64,000 nt of DNA from Octopus sinensis. Taxonomy: Eukaryota. Positions 41,140 through 54,110 of the stretch are shown here, in pieces. The notes under the pieces were generated by a model. The model searched no databases. It was not told the origin of the DNA and worked only from the letters and a program-made list of their open reading frames with translations. Location: positions 66,154,001 to 66,218,000 of the forward strand of contig NC_043004.1 of assembly GCF_006345805.1 (NCBI RefSeq), given 5' to 3'. A program made the position numbers and the translations under genes. Each line of letters starts with the position of its first letter. Position 1 is the stretch's first letter.

Positions 41140-44100
41140 ATGTAGTGAACCCTAAACTGACAGATCCATCTCCTAATATAAGAATGGATGCTCGTCATGC
41201 TTCAAGGTCAACAAATCAAACAATAAACCGCATTGGTCATTGCGCGGATTACAAAAGACCACGTACCCGAAAAGTGAACCAAATCCTGATTGAAAAATCA
41301 GTTACTGGATCAAATCTTCCCAACACACAGGAGCTGGACGAACCCCACAACCGGAATATTCCAACAGATGGCCATCCATGCTCATCACCAAATAATCAAA
41401 AGAAAAAGAAGGAAAAATGGTCTAGGGAAGATAATAAAGAAGTTCTTGAGGCCTTCTACCATGCCATATATTTCCCCACAGATAAGTCTAGCACTGTACA
41501 AGCATACTTAAACTGGAGACAGAAACACCCTGAAGTAAGACCCTACATAGACAGTAACAAGCTTGCCAATGTTAGAAGAAACATTATAAAAAAGAAATTA
41601 CTGACTGAAGTAGAGATTGATCAGGTTAGACAAGCAATATCGGATAAAATGAACGAAGCTGCAGCTAGAAGATAATACAGAGAGGAAATGATTATAGACC
41701 AGCCCAGGGCGGATAAAAACGAGAAGAGAGGATTGAAAGAGTTAGTATAAGTGATAGGCAAAGTGAAATACGCCCTGAACCAATCATAAACACTAAGACA
41801 GATGAGCATCAAATAGATAAAGAAAGTCACACAAATATTGACCCAACAGAACTACATGAGCTAAAAAATCAAATCATGATTGAATGGCTGAAAATTAAAG
41901 AAACCAGCATGGATGAGCGTGTTACACTTCCTAAAATCCGCAACTCTAACCAAAACATGAAAATAATTGGTAAAATCCGGCTTGCATTTAAGGATATAAT
42001 TTCAGTTAATGATGTTGATATCACAAACCTCAACCACCTATACTATGCATCCGCGAAAATCTCAACGATCCTATGTGGTATAAAGATTAGAAAACGGCAA
42101 CAGTCCCACAAAAAGCCTTCTTGGCAAGAGCGTCTGCAACAACAAATTAAAGTATTTAGATCTGACATTGAATATTTGAAAAACCTTAAGGCTCACAAGA
42201 CTACCAAACCTACAAAAACCCAAAAATTACTGAAAAAATACAATATGAAAACTATACTTGATATTGATGCCACCATAGAAACCATCAATCAAAAGGTATC
42301 TGCCAAAGCCGCCCGCATAGCGAGGTATGAAAAGCGTGTTAGATTTTTCAAGGACAACAACATGTTCAAAAATAACACCAAGAATTTTTACAGAAAGATA
42401 GGAAAAACAGCGTTTACTGCAGGGTCTGTACCATCAAAAGAAGAAGTGCAGAGATTTTGGAATAAAATCTGGGCAGAAGAAAAAACACACAACGAAAAGG
42501 CCCCCTGGATTGACAGAATATCTACAGAACTGGACCCCTTAGAAGAGCAAAAGTGGGAGGGTGTCAAGGTAGAAGATATAAGATCTGCTCTCAGGAGGTC
42601 AAGCAAATGGAAGTCTCCAGGAAAGGATAAAATTCCTAACTTCTGGCTGAATGCCTTCCCAGAGAGCCATGAACTGCTAACAGAACTGTACAATGATGTT
42701 TTGCAACACCCTAGTAGGATGCCTCCTTGGCTAGTTAATGGGTTGACATTCCTGCTTCCAAAAAGTGAAGAAACAAATGAACCAAAAAACTATAGACCCA
42801 TAACCTGCTTAACAACTATGTACAAAACACTAACATCTGTCCTGACGGAATATACCTATAGTTTTTTAACAGACAGCAGCGTATTCCCTAATGAACAGAA
42901 AGGATGTAAACGTGGATCCTACGGCTGTAAAGACCAACTACTCATCAATAAGATGATCTTAGAAGATTGTCACAAACGACACAAAAACTTATCAATAGCC
43001 TGGATAGACTATAAAAAGGCTTTTGATAGCCACCCACATAGCTGGATTAGGAAATGCCTTGAAATGTATAAGATAGCACCAACTCTGCGAAACTTCTTGA
43101 CTGTAAGTATGAGATCATGGAGAACCACACTAACTCTGAACAGTGACAGTGAATCCCTAAATGCTGGTGATGTAAAAATTTCGTGTGGCATTTTCCAGGG
43201 TGACTCACTGTCACCACTCCTCTTTTGTTTATCCTTAATACCTCTCACAAAGCTGCTCAATGACGCGCAGTACGGGTATAAAATGTTTGATAAAAATATA
43301 AATCATCTCGTTTACATGGATGATTTAAAGCTTTTTGCAAAAAATTATCAACAACTCAAGGGCTTACTAGCGATAGTCAAACAATTCAGTGACGACATCA
43401 GAATGCAATTCGGCCTCGATAAATGTGCAAAGGCTACCTTTATCAAAGGAAAAATGACAGAAACATCTAACGTTAACCTTGACCAACAGAATGTCATAAA
43501 AGAACTAGACCCAGCGGAGAGCTACAAGTACCTAGGGGTAATTGAAGGGAACGGAATAAGGCATTCAGAGATGAAGGAAAGGATCAGGAGAGAATGCTAT
43601 CGAAGAGTGAGAGCAATACTCAAGACAGAGCTGAATGCAAGAAACAGGATCGAAGCAATCAATGCATTAGCTATACCAGTCGTGACTTACAGTTTCAATA
43701 TCGTTAACTGGTCAATTACTGAAATATGTCAGCTCGACAGAAAAATAAGGAAACTGTTGACAATGTATAGAATGCACCACCCTAAGGCAGATACAGAACG
43801 ACTCTATCTGCCAAGAAAAGAGGGAGGCCGTGGTCTTTTGCAACTGGCAATAACAATGAAGATTGCTACAATTGGCCTAGACACCTACCTGAAAAACTCT
43901 GAGGACTGGATGTTAAAACTTGTCTCAAAACATGAAAACAAGAAAGCATCATACTCAGTCAAAACAGGCAAAGGAATATCTAAGTGAATTCCGAATACAA
44001 CCAATTTCGGAATTAGAGATAGACTTAACAAAAACAAGCACAGAAAAAGCTAGGCGCATGAAAACCCGTGCCAAAACTGCGGCCTTAGATATTCTGAATA

Positions 44101-45076
44101 ATAAATGGCAAGAAAAAACTCTCTATGGCAAATACCCAAAGAGAGCGAATAATGCAGATATCGACAAAGCCCTGACCCATCAATGGCTAATGGCCTCTGG
44201 CTTAAAATCTGAAACAGAGGGATTTATCATAGCAGCTCAAGATCAATGCCTACCAACAAGAAACTACCAGGCCAACATATTAAAGATCAGAAGCAGTCCA
44301 ACGTGTCGTGTATGCAAGCAACAAAATGAAACCATTGACCATGTGGTCTCCAAGTGCAGTCTTCTAGCGCCTACAGAGTATCTCAACAGGCACGATAGAG
44401 CTGCACAATATATTCACTGGGTAATCTGTAAAAACCTGGATTTGCCCCATGAAAAAAACTGGTGGGAACACAAACCACCCCCAGTGCTTGAAAATGACCA
44501 CATCTCACTCCTCTGGAACTTCACCATTCAAACTGACAGGAAGATAGATGCAAATAGGCCAGACATCATATTGAAAGACTTCAAACAAAGAACATGCCTC
44601 CTCATTGATATGACTGTCCCAATCGATATAAACGTATCTGTCAGACCTACCAAAACTGAGCAAATATAAAGATCTTGAAATAGAAATCAGCAAAATGTGG
44701 AAGCTGAAGACTAAAACATACCTGATGTCATAGGTGCCCTGGGAATGATAGCAAAAGGGGCTGATAGCTACCTAACTCAGATACCAGGAAACCCAAAAAT
44801 GCAGCAGAAGTTCAAAAGATAGTGCTCATGGGAACTGCTCATATCCTACGCAAAATACTCTCTATGTAACCTCAAGGTTTAAAACAACCATAATTTTCGT
44901 TTTTTTTTTTTTTTTTTTTTTTTTAGACATTCATTAGTACAACATCCACCCCCCCAATATATGGCACACTAGGCATAACAACAACATGAACCTCCAACCC
45001 TGTTGTCTCTTGAGGTCTCTGGGTGAGACTTGGAGCCAACTTGTACAAATATAAACCAAAAGTCAAACATAGAATG
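41140..45076 (+). mobile_element. Near-full-length Dong/R4-like non-LTR retrotransposon (RT + restriction-like endonuclease)
   Basis: N-terminal Myb-like KWSREDNKEV; RT; CCHC knuckle CRVC..H..C; RHD; RPDI..LIDMTVP; 3' UTR ends at ...catagaatg into (AAT)n. The 5' boundary is approximate. Confidence 0.93.
41876..43987 (+). pseudogene. Reverse transcriptase ORF segment (703 aa) of the Dong/R4-like element; frameshifts into the RLE segment 43920-44870
   Basis: KSPGKDKI, NYRPITCL, EQKGC, WIDYKKAFDS, GIFQGDSLSP, YMDDLKL, YKYLG; upstream stops and downstream frameshifts indicate an inactive copy. Confidence 0.92.
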
Positions 45077-45097
45077 ATAATAATAATAATAATAATA

Positions 45098-45128
<31 letters not shown>

Positions 45129-45161
45129 CATAATAATAATAACAATAATAATATAATAATA

Positions 45162-45202
<41 letters not shown>

Positions 45203-45251
45203 TAATAATAATAATAACAATAATAATAACAATAATAATAATAATAATAAT

Positions 45252-45478
45252 AGGCATGATAAAAAAATATTCAGACAAATACATAACAAAAACACCAGGA
45301 CTTACAAACACATAACATACAGAAAATTGCACTACTAGGCACTGCACACATCCTACGCAGAACACTTTCCATACAATAACCATCATAGCATCACAACAAA
45401 TCACAGCACATACCCAAGGCACACAGAGCTGAGCTCGGTAGTGAAGTGAAAGCACGCTATAAAAATAAAACTACTGAA
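45252..45478 (+). mobile_element. Short 3' end of a Dong/R4-like element (same subfamily as 32690-33396)
   Basis: Near-identical to 33168-33396 and embedded in (AAT)n. Confidence 0.9.
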
Positions 45479-45515
45479 TAATAATAATATTAATAATAAT
45501 AATAATAAAAATTAA

Positions 45516-45555
<40 letters not shown>

Positions 45556-45649
45556 TAATAATAATAATAACAATAATAATAATAATAACAATAATAATAG
45601 TAATAACAATAATAATAATAATAACAATAATAACAATAATAATAATAAT

Positions 45650-45876
45650 AAATGTCCCGATGCACTACCAGGCAGGGACTCTCATGGCTTCTGATCTTAA
45701 TTGATTGGTCCTACCTGCAAGGTCATGCACTGTTTTACTCGATATGAGATCACTGTGTCACGCACATATGGTTGTGATTCATGTGCTTGGTGTCCCCTTA
45801 TCAAACGGGTAGTCATGATGGGTATTCTGGGCTTCGTATATTTTACCCCAGTGCCAATTTGATGGCATGCATTGCT
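45650..45876 (+). mobile_element. Internally deleted copy of the 31829-32592 element
   Basis: 5' part (..atggcttctgatcttaattgattgg) is joined directly to the caaggtcatg...tattttaccccagtg part. Confidence 0.7.
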
Positions 45877-46061
45877 ACCACCTGGGTTGGTAAAGACGCT
45901 GCCTATGCCTTGGCACATTTATCGAGACCAAATGCCGATGTCATCATCGAATGCTTTCAGAGTACGCAATAACCCTTCGACTACTACCTACGTATTATCA
46001 TCTTTGTCATAGAGTTTTAAGTCATCTGTTGCTGTTGTTGTTGTTGTTGTTATTATTATTA

Positions 46062-46109
<48 letters not shown>

Positions 46110-46146
46110 TATTATTATTATTATTATTATCATCATCATCATCATT

Positions 46147-46870
46147 GCATTTGCACAGCTTCTAACTCTAGAGATGTACTACAGTGTCAGATGTTCACTA
46201 CCAGTGAACTAAAATAACACCTCTGATTTTTCGAGCACCTTCCTGAGTATTCGAGCGGTTCCAGGTAGTGCTCTGTTCTGCATGAGCTCCACCTCCTCCT
46301 CCTTCTTCTTCTTCTTCTTCTTCTTCTTCTTCTTCTTCTTCTTCTTCTTCTTCTTCTTCTTCTTCTTCTTCTTCTTCTTCTTCTTCTCTTCTTCTTCTTC
46401 TTCTTCTTCTTCTTCTTCTTTCTTCTTCTTCTTCTTCTTCTCTTCTTCTTCTTCTTCTTCTTCTTCTTCTTCTTCTTCTTCTTCTTCTTCTTCTATACCT
46501 TCATATTTCCCACTTCAAATGGTCATAATTGTTTATATTTTGCGTCTTCGTTCAAATTGATCCTGTTGTCACGGGGCAAGCTATGTCAACTATAATGCAT
46601 GTTCTTTCCTTTTTATTCACCACAACAATGTCCAGTTTCCGATGTCTGATCAGGTGAACTTACTGGATTATTGTATTCCACAGAAGTCTGCAATTATCCT
46701 TCTCGGTAACTCATGTTCGCGCTTGCTCATACGATGTTTATTGTCTTTGCAGCCCGTAATTTCCACAGAGCTCCCAGTGGATCATTTTTCCCACATTGTT
46801 ATGGCGTCTTTTGTATTTGCATTGCGCCAATTTCGGGCACTTGCTAATGATGTGGAAATATTTAGAATCT
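46147..46870 (-). mobile_element. RLE-type LINE 3' fragment (third family) interrupted by (TTC)n
   Basis: HIISKCPKLAQCKYKRRHNNVGKMIHWELC, DIVVVNKKERTCIIVDIACP, GTARILRKVLE. Confidence 0.82.
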
Positions 46871-47545
46871 TTTAAAACAATCACTTCGAGTTCCTCTCTA
46901 CGTGTATAAAGAGAGAAGAGAGGTAAAGGGTATTCTCTCTTGCAAATGACAAAATTTGGTGTGTCCAACACAACTAGATGTTGAATTCAACCCCAGTATT
47001 GCTGCCGAGACAAAACAACTTCTCGACGTGTGAAGTCGTAGCGTTTTGCTATATCATTATAAAACTTTGGGAGCAGGTGTATCCGCAAATATTTAAAATG
47101 TTAACGGTTTGCAACATATTTCTTTCACTGTATAACAAAACGTCTCACGTTTGTGTAAAGAATTCATAAAAACCTCCTTTGACTATATGAGTGATACCAC
47201 ACAGTTTTCATTAGAACATATGTATTATTAATACGTCTATAATTATACGTTTTCGTGGCTGTCTGCAGATCCCCGAGGTCGTCAGGACAAAGGCATTGTG
47301 TATAGCTATCATCGCTTTACTCTCTGCTTTTAAATCTCGCAATGGGTCACTTCACCTTACATCCGATGCTGGTCATTAAAAATAACTGACAAATGTTGGG
47401 TTGGGTGGTATAGATTAACCTCCTCTACCACCACCACAACAACACATCAAGCCGTGTACCTATTCCACGAAATCTTTAGCAATTAGTACACATTGTTCTG
47501 TCAATATATATAAGGGACTTGTGGTTATTAAAGTAACGATTATAA

Positions 47546-48200
47546 TGTATATCAATAGAACAGTCCTTGGATGAAAATTGTATGCACATTTTGCTTTGAC
47601 GGTTAATGGTAGCCAAAGTGAGGCTAGGATCGAGCTGAAAATTGGCAGGGATAGTAAATGCGTGGTGAGGATGAGACCCTCGATGGTTAAAATTCGCAAG
47701 CTATGAAGATGTGGTTGCTATGGCAACAAGAGTGATTTTTTTCTATCGATTCCAGGAAGCCCAGAGCCCCTCTGCGATTGGCTTAATTTCAATACCAAGA
47801 AGTGGTAATAAAAATACAGTCATATTAAAAAAACTAAAAGACATTGTTACCGTTTTAACTTCCCATGTCGAACATTAATCAGTAAAGGACACCGGGCATT
47901 AAAGGGGGATAACTCTTAGCAGCTAAACCAATAATATTATCCTGTATATATTATCTATATCTATAGAACAGTCCTTGGACGAAAATTGTCTGCACATTTT
48001 GCTTTGTCGGTTAATGGCGGCCAAACCGAGGCTAGGATCGAGCTGAAAATTGGCAGGGATAGTAAATGCATGGTGAAGATGATACCCTCGATGGTTAAAA
48101 TTCGCAAGCTATAAAGATGTGGCTACTATGGAAAAAAGAGTGACTTTTTATCGATTCAAGGGGGACCAGAGCCCCTCTAGGTTTGTGCGACTGGCTTTTA
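47546..48200 (+). repeat. About 240 bp direct repeat (47546-47790 and 47954-48200), probable duplicated Helitron 5' end
   Basis: atagaacagtccttgga...gaggctaggatcgagctgaaaattggcagggatagtaaatgc...ccagagcccctct in both copies; the second starts A|TCTATAT. Confidence 0.8.
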
Positions 48201-48399
48201 AAACCCAGCGGCATGCACTGCTTAATAAACATACATTTTGTCGCGAAATTCAGGCTAGTAGGAAACGATTCTTGATTGTAAAAAACGAGTGCTTTTTGCC
48301 CTCATTTTCTTTTTAATCTTTTCCATAAATCAATTATCGTAAACATTTCTACCATGACCTCACATATTCTATGTATGTGTGTGTACCTTAAAAGACATG

Positions 48400-48720
48400 A
48401 TTACAAAGAGTTCCAATAGAATTGAATGGTGCGGCCGCCGTTCAAGATGTTCTTATAACTCAAATGTTCCTCACTCCCTCCGATACGATCTTCATGATTA
48501 AGCGGCTTCAATTTCCTATCAATCGCACCACTGCAATGACAATAAATAAGGCACAGGGTCAATCATTGCAAATGGTTCGTTTAAATCTCACAGAGCAAGT
48601 GTTCTCCCACGCTCAAATTTACGTTGGATGCTCTCGTTTTGTCAAGCCACAATGTCTATACATTTGTGCATCAGAAGCGAAAACGCGAAACGTTGCCCAC
48701 AAAGAAGTGGTCCATGAAAA
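48400..48720 (+). pseudogene. Helitron Pif1-family helicase C-terminal remnant
   Basis: KRLQFPI...AMTINKAQGQSL..V.LNL...VFSHAQIYVGCSR...TRNV; the element's 3' terminus was not located. Confidence 0.88.
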
Positions 48721-50127
48721 GACAGCATTTCTTCACATCTTTCAATTACCCCAGTCATCTGCCGCCTCAAAAGCTTCGTAGTCTCCGGGCCAGCCTACGC
48801 AACTCAATGACACACACCTTCACTCACTCACTCTATCTATCTTTCTCACCCTCTTTCTCTCTCACATAGACACGCGCAAGGACGCACGCGCGCGCTCACA
48901 CACACACACATACACACAGACGCACACACGTCCATTTCACATACCTTCTTTCAAATTCTGCTCTCTACAAATAAAATTTTTACGGATACAACTGCATACA
49001 AAAATAGGGAGTAATGCATAATTTCTTTATATGTTCATAATTAAATAAACGTTTTAATGATTAGACAGATGTCCAATACAATAGCTCTCAGAAACAGACT
49101 ACGTACAAATTCTTTCTTCACAACTCCTGAAGCTGTTTTCTGACAGTGGGGAAAAGAAATTTTCATACAGCTGGACGCTCCAATCGAGACAGGGGACCAG
49201 AAATGATAAGGTTTAGAAACGCTATTATAGATTATGCCTAAACGAAAACGATCACACCCACATCATCCAAACAGACCAGCTGAGACCGGGCTTATTTTTA
49301 ATATTATAACTTTCATAATGTATGTGCATTCGTCAAATTACAACGTTCAGCAAAATAACTTCGGAATTTCTTCCGTCCCTGTAACTTCTGGCTTGAAATC
49401 CCTTCAAGGTTATTTCTTCTTTCCATTATTTTGATGGTCGGTTAGGCGGCTTTTTGGCAGAATGTTTCTACGCCAGATAAAACGACCAACGTCATTTCGA
49501 ATGTCTTTACTTTCTAGCTTTAAATTTCGCCGACTTAACTTTACCTTACGTTGCTTCTAGGCCCAAAATTAAGGACCAGTCAACCAATAGAGTCGATGAA
49601 ATCAATTATCCCCAAAATTTCAGGCCTTGTAACAACAATAGAAGCAATTATTATGAGTGGAGGTGATAAACGAATTTCAATACTAGAAACAATTTAATCA
49701 ATAATTTCCATTCTCCAAACAGAGAATTCAGACCGCGTTCTTATAGCATAAACAGGTATAATTTTCGCTTGTAATATGTTTTCCAGTAGTTTAACAAATG
49801 TTTCTTCCCTCCGCTGCCAAGTATATATATATGTTGGCTTATTTTCATGTTCGAACATGATTCCTTACAGCTTTAGGTTTGTTTTCCTTGTTTAGCTGAA
49901 CGTCAATGTCGAGTGACGGAACCGTTATGACTATAACACCTTTGACCAAATGACAGCTACATCAGCGATAACTATCAGTAAATCAGCCAACACGAATAAC
50001 AGAATAAGTATATGCACATTCGAATGTACGTTGTACAATGCAGAGATGACTTCTAACTGAACCTATAAGAAATACCAGCCATATCTCCCAAAGATATGAT
50101 CATACCTAATTAGAAAAGCCAAATTAA

Positions 50128-50201
<74 letters not shown>

Positions 50202-50204
<3 letters not shown>

Positions 50205-50584
50205 GGAAGCACTCCGTCGGTTACGACGACGAGGGTTCCGGTTGATCCGATCAACGGAACAGCCTGCTCGTGAAATTAACGTGTAAGTGGCTGAGCACTC
50301 CACAGACACGTGTACCCTTAACGTAGTTCTCGGGAATATTCAGCGTGACACAGAGAGTGACAAGGCCGGCCCTTTGAAATACAGGTACAACAGAAGGAGG
50401 AAGTAAGAGTGAGAGAAAGTTGTGGTGAAAGAGTACAGCAGGGATCACCACCATCCCCTGCCGGAGTCTCGTGGAGCCTTAGGTGTTTTCGCTCAATAAA
50501 CACTCACAACGCCCGGTCTGGGAATCGAAACCGCGATCCTACGACCGCGAGTCTGCTGCCCTAACCACTGGGCCATTGCGCCTC

Positions 50585-50585
<1 letters not shown>
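50202..50585 (-). mobile_element. Young-looking tRNA-derived SINE (family C, tail type 2)
   Basis: ggaggcgcaaTGGCCCAGTGGttagg...GGTTTCGATTCC; the head matches 30305-30490, the tail differs, and CpGs are retained. Confidence 0.88.
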
Positions 50586-50617
<32 letters not shown>

Positions 50618-50619
50618 TT

Positions 50620-50697
<78 letters not shown>

Positions 50698-50707
50698 ATA
50701 GATAGAT

Positions 50708-50779
<72 letters not shown>

Positions 50780-52273
50780 GGATGGATGGATGAATAGATA
50801 GATAGACAGTAAAGTAGATACATGAGTGTATTTTTTCCCTTGTTAACAATTAATACGCGAAAAACAGATAGTTACCAGGGTAGCAAAAAATCACACAAGT
50901 AATGAGGTTGTAACTCCTTACTTTTAAAGGTAGAAACTTCAGGTTTATGTGAAATTTCGGTATAATAAATAAATAAATAAATAAATATGTAATATATATA
51001 TATATATATATATATATCCCCTCTTCCTGGACATGCGTTGTCTTTTGCTTGAATGCAGTTGGGCAGAGATGTGCTCGTTCGGGGCTGTTATAGGAGACAT
51101 CCCAACAAGCAAAATGAATAATGCGCGGTTACACCTGTTGGTATAGCGGGAAAATAAACTCAGGAATGCATGATTCAAATCTTTATTTATATTGTAAAAA
51201 TCCAGTGAGAAGAATAAAGAAAGAGGAGAATTCATCTAAGGAAAACGTGCATAAATTACTTGTAGAAAAATGATGCTTGACAAACTGGATTGCATATACT
51301 TTGTTTTGGATTTCCTTATTAAAACTTGATTTATTTTAGTTTTCACAGTATGACATTAAGATTTTTTTTATTATCTAATTTTCTTATAAATTACTTCTAT
51401 ATTTTTGTGCATTTCGTAATTAGAATTTTATAGTTTTTAATTGGCAATCATTCCGTAATTAAATCAGCTTTGACATTGTTATTTGCAGCAGGTTGAATAG
51501 GGAAAAAGAATGAAACATCCGTCATTAGGAAAATGCATTAAATATTGACAATGGTAAACGTTAATACATTGAGGCGTAAACATATGGTAGTACGCCATGT
51601 TAACGGAGAAGAAAAATACGGAAAAAGTAGCGAATTTAAAAAAAAAAAAACCTCTACAAAGGTTATAAAGAAAAGAGAAAAAATGAAATTCGAGAAAGGA
51701 AACAATAATTTTAATTTGACATAGGACTCTGATTGGACAGCCTGTATCTAATTAAAATCAAATGTTGTAACCGAAAAGATCAAGATTCATGCATATATAG
51801 CAGGAAAACTAAAAAGAGAAAAAAACCCCCAGATAAAATGAAATAAGAAACATGGACGTAAATACGTATAAAATAAAACTGCAAATGCAAGAAATATCAA
51901 TGTGTAAAACAATATAAAACAGATCCTGGAATAAAACAAAAGATAGGAGACCGGATATAAGGAAAATAAAATGGAAGTTTTATTTCTTGAGATGTAACAA
52001 AATAAATGACATTTTTAAAGAGAATAGTAAAGAAGCGGAGTAGAATTCTTCTTCTTGTTGAATGTCGTCTGTGTTTTTTTCAGGGGGTTATTTATTTGTC
52101 TTTTTTCTTAGTATTATGTTCAATGCGAATGCAATGGTAAATCCGATACTAAACAGCAAATCGGAGCCATTTCCATTATATCTAAATCATTCTCTATGAA
52201 GCACATATAATAAAATACAGAAATATATAAGATGCAGATGATGATTTCAAATGCAATCCCTGCATAAATGCTG

Positions 52274-52354
<81 letters not shown>

Positions 52355-52759
52355 GTATGTATACATACATACACACACATTTATATAATACAAATAGATA
52401 TTGAATGATATGTTCTCAATATTTACAACTTAATAAGAGATCTAACATACATGGGTTTTCATTCACACTATATATAGTAACTATATTCATTCACCAACAT
52501 ATGTATTAGTAGTGACATCATGGTATACGATTAAACATATTGAAAAGTTTTGTATTAAACACGATATCTTGAGGAAAATGAAGGTTGGATTTCTTACTGT
52601 TAGGATCTGAATTAGTCACTAATGTTTTTCTAAAGTACTGTAGATGTAATGAACCCTAGGATATCAAATTTGTTCAAATGCCAATGTTTTGCGCCATATT
52701 GACTATGTTGTATGAATGATTATGCTTGTAGATACAACCTTGAAGACTGAGAATTAAGC

Positions 52760-52935
52760 ACTTCTTTCACTTACCGTCTACCAAATCCACTGAGAAGGCT
52801 TTGGTCGGCCCAAGTTTATATCGTAGAAGACACTTGCCCCAGGTGGTGCACAGTAGGAGTGAACGCAGAATCATATGGATGGGATTCATGCTTCTTACTA
52901 CACATATTGTGTACATATTAGCGGCATTTTTTCAA
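52760..52935 (-). mobile_element. Family A SINE head, paralogous with 56722-56893 including flank
   Basis: Shared gccccaggtggtgcacagtaggagtgaacgca and flank attgtgtacatattagcggca. Confidence 0.8.
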
Positions 52936-53694
52936 TATATCGATCTGGGCATGTTTCTAGGCAGAGGTTCTGATATTGGCTCTGTTATTGTTTCGATGGA
53001 GATATAATTTGACTTGACAAATTGCTATTTCTCAATCCAATATTTCAGCATGTTTGAGCTGTCTAGCTGGCAGAATCATTAGCAAGCCGTGCAAAATGTT
53101 TAGCAGGATTTCGTCCGTCTATATATTCTGAGCTAAAATGCCGTCTAAATCGACTTCGCCTTTTATACTTTCAAGGGCGATAAAATAAGTAGCAATTTTG
53201 GGAGCGAATGTCGTTGTGACCTATCGCCTCCTCGAAAATTGCCGGCCTTGTGCTAAAGTTTGTAATCAGTATTTCTGTATGTTATGTTAGAACCGGTTAA
53301 ATCTTGTATTTTAAAATTCTGCGGAAAGTTTTACTAAGAATTCATAACAACTCTCTTGTAATTTTATGCTACGTTCAACGACTTAGTGACATATGAGAGC
53401 GGAAGTAACTCATCCTCGGATCTGCGCCGCATGTTTGAACTACTGTCGCCTGAATAAGATAAACAGAAAACCAGATAGTAATCTGATATCAGTCGAAAGA
53501 TTAGATTTACTAATCAAAACAAGAAATGTGTTCTCCAATGCGATAAACTGATACCAATATTTCTATCATTAGGATTTGTTCGAACTGCATCTATAATTCA
53601 AAATGTCACATGCTGGGAACAAACACCTACTGTTATGCTTGCATCTTTAAATGAATTTCACCTCCAATATTTATGTGTGACATTTTAACAATAT

Positions 53695-54110
53695 AGGCGA
53701 AGGAGTGGCTGTGTGGTAAGTAGTTTGCTTACCAACCAGGTGTTGAGTTCCAATGCGTGGCACCTTGGGCAAGTGTTTCCTACTATATCCTCGAGCCGAC
53801 CAAAGCCTTATGTGTGGATTTGGTAGACGGAAACTGAAAGATTCTCGTCGTATATATATATATATATATAAGTATGTATGTATGTGTGTATGTATGTTCA
53901 TGTATATGTTTGTGTGTCTGTGTTTGTCCCCCAACATCGCTTGACAACCGATGTTTGGTGTGTTTACGACCCCGTCAGTAAGTGGTTCAGCAAAGAGAGA
54001 CCGATGGAATAAGTACTAGGCTTACAAAGAATAAGTACTCAGGTCCATTTGCTCGATTAAAGGTGGTGCTCTACCATGGCCGCAGTCAAATAACTGAAAC
54101 AAATAAAAGA
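53695..54110 (+). mobile_element. Complete composite SINE (family A head + (TA)/(TG) + tail)
   Basis: aggcgaaggagtggctgtgtggtaag...ggtagacggaaactgaaag / microsatellite / cccccaacatcgcttgacaaccgatg...cagtcaaataactgaaacaaataaaag. Confidence 0.9.

Noticed and set aside
50510-50585. tRNA gene
   Set aside because: A and B boxes are present, but the sequence continues into a multicopy SINE body; it is a SINE head.
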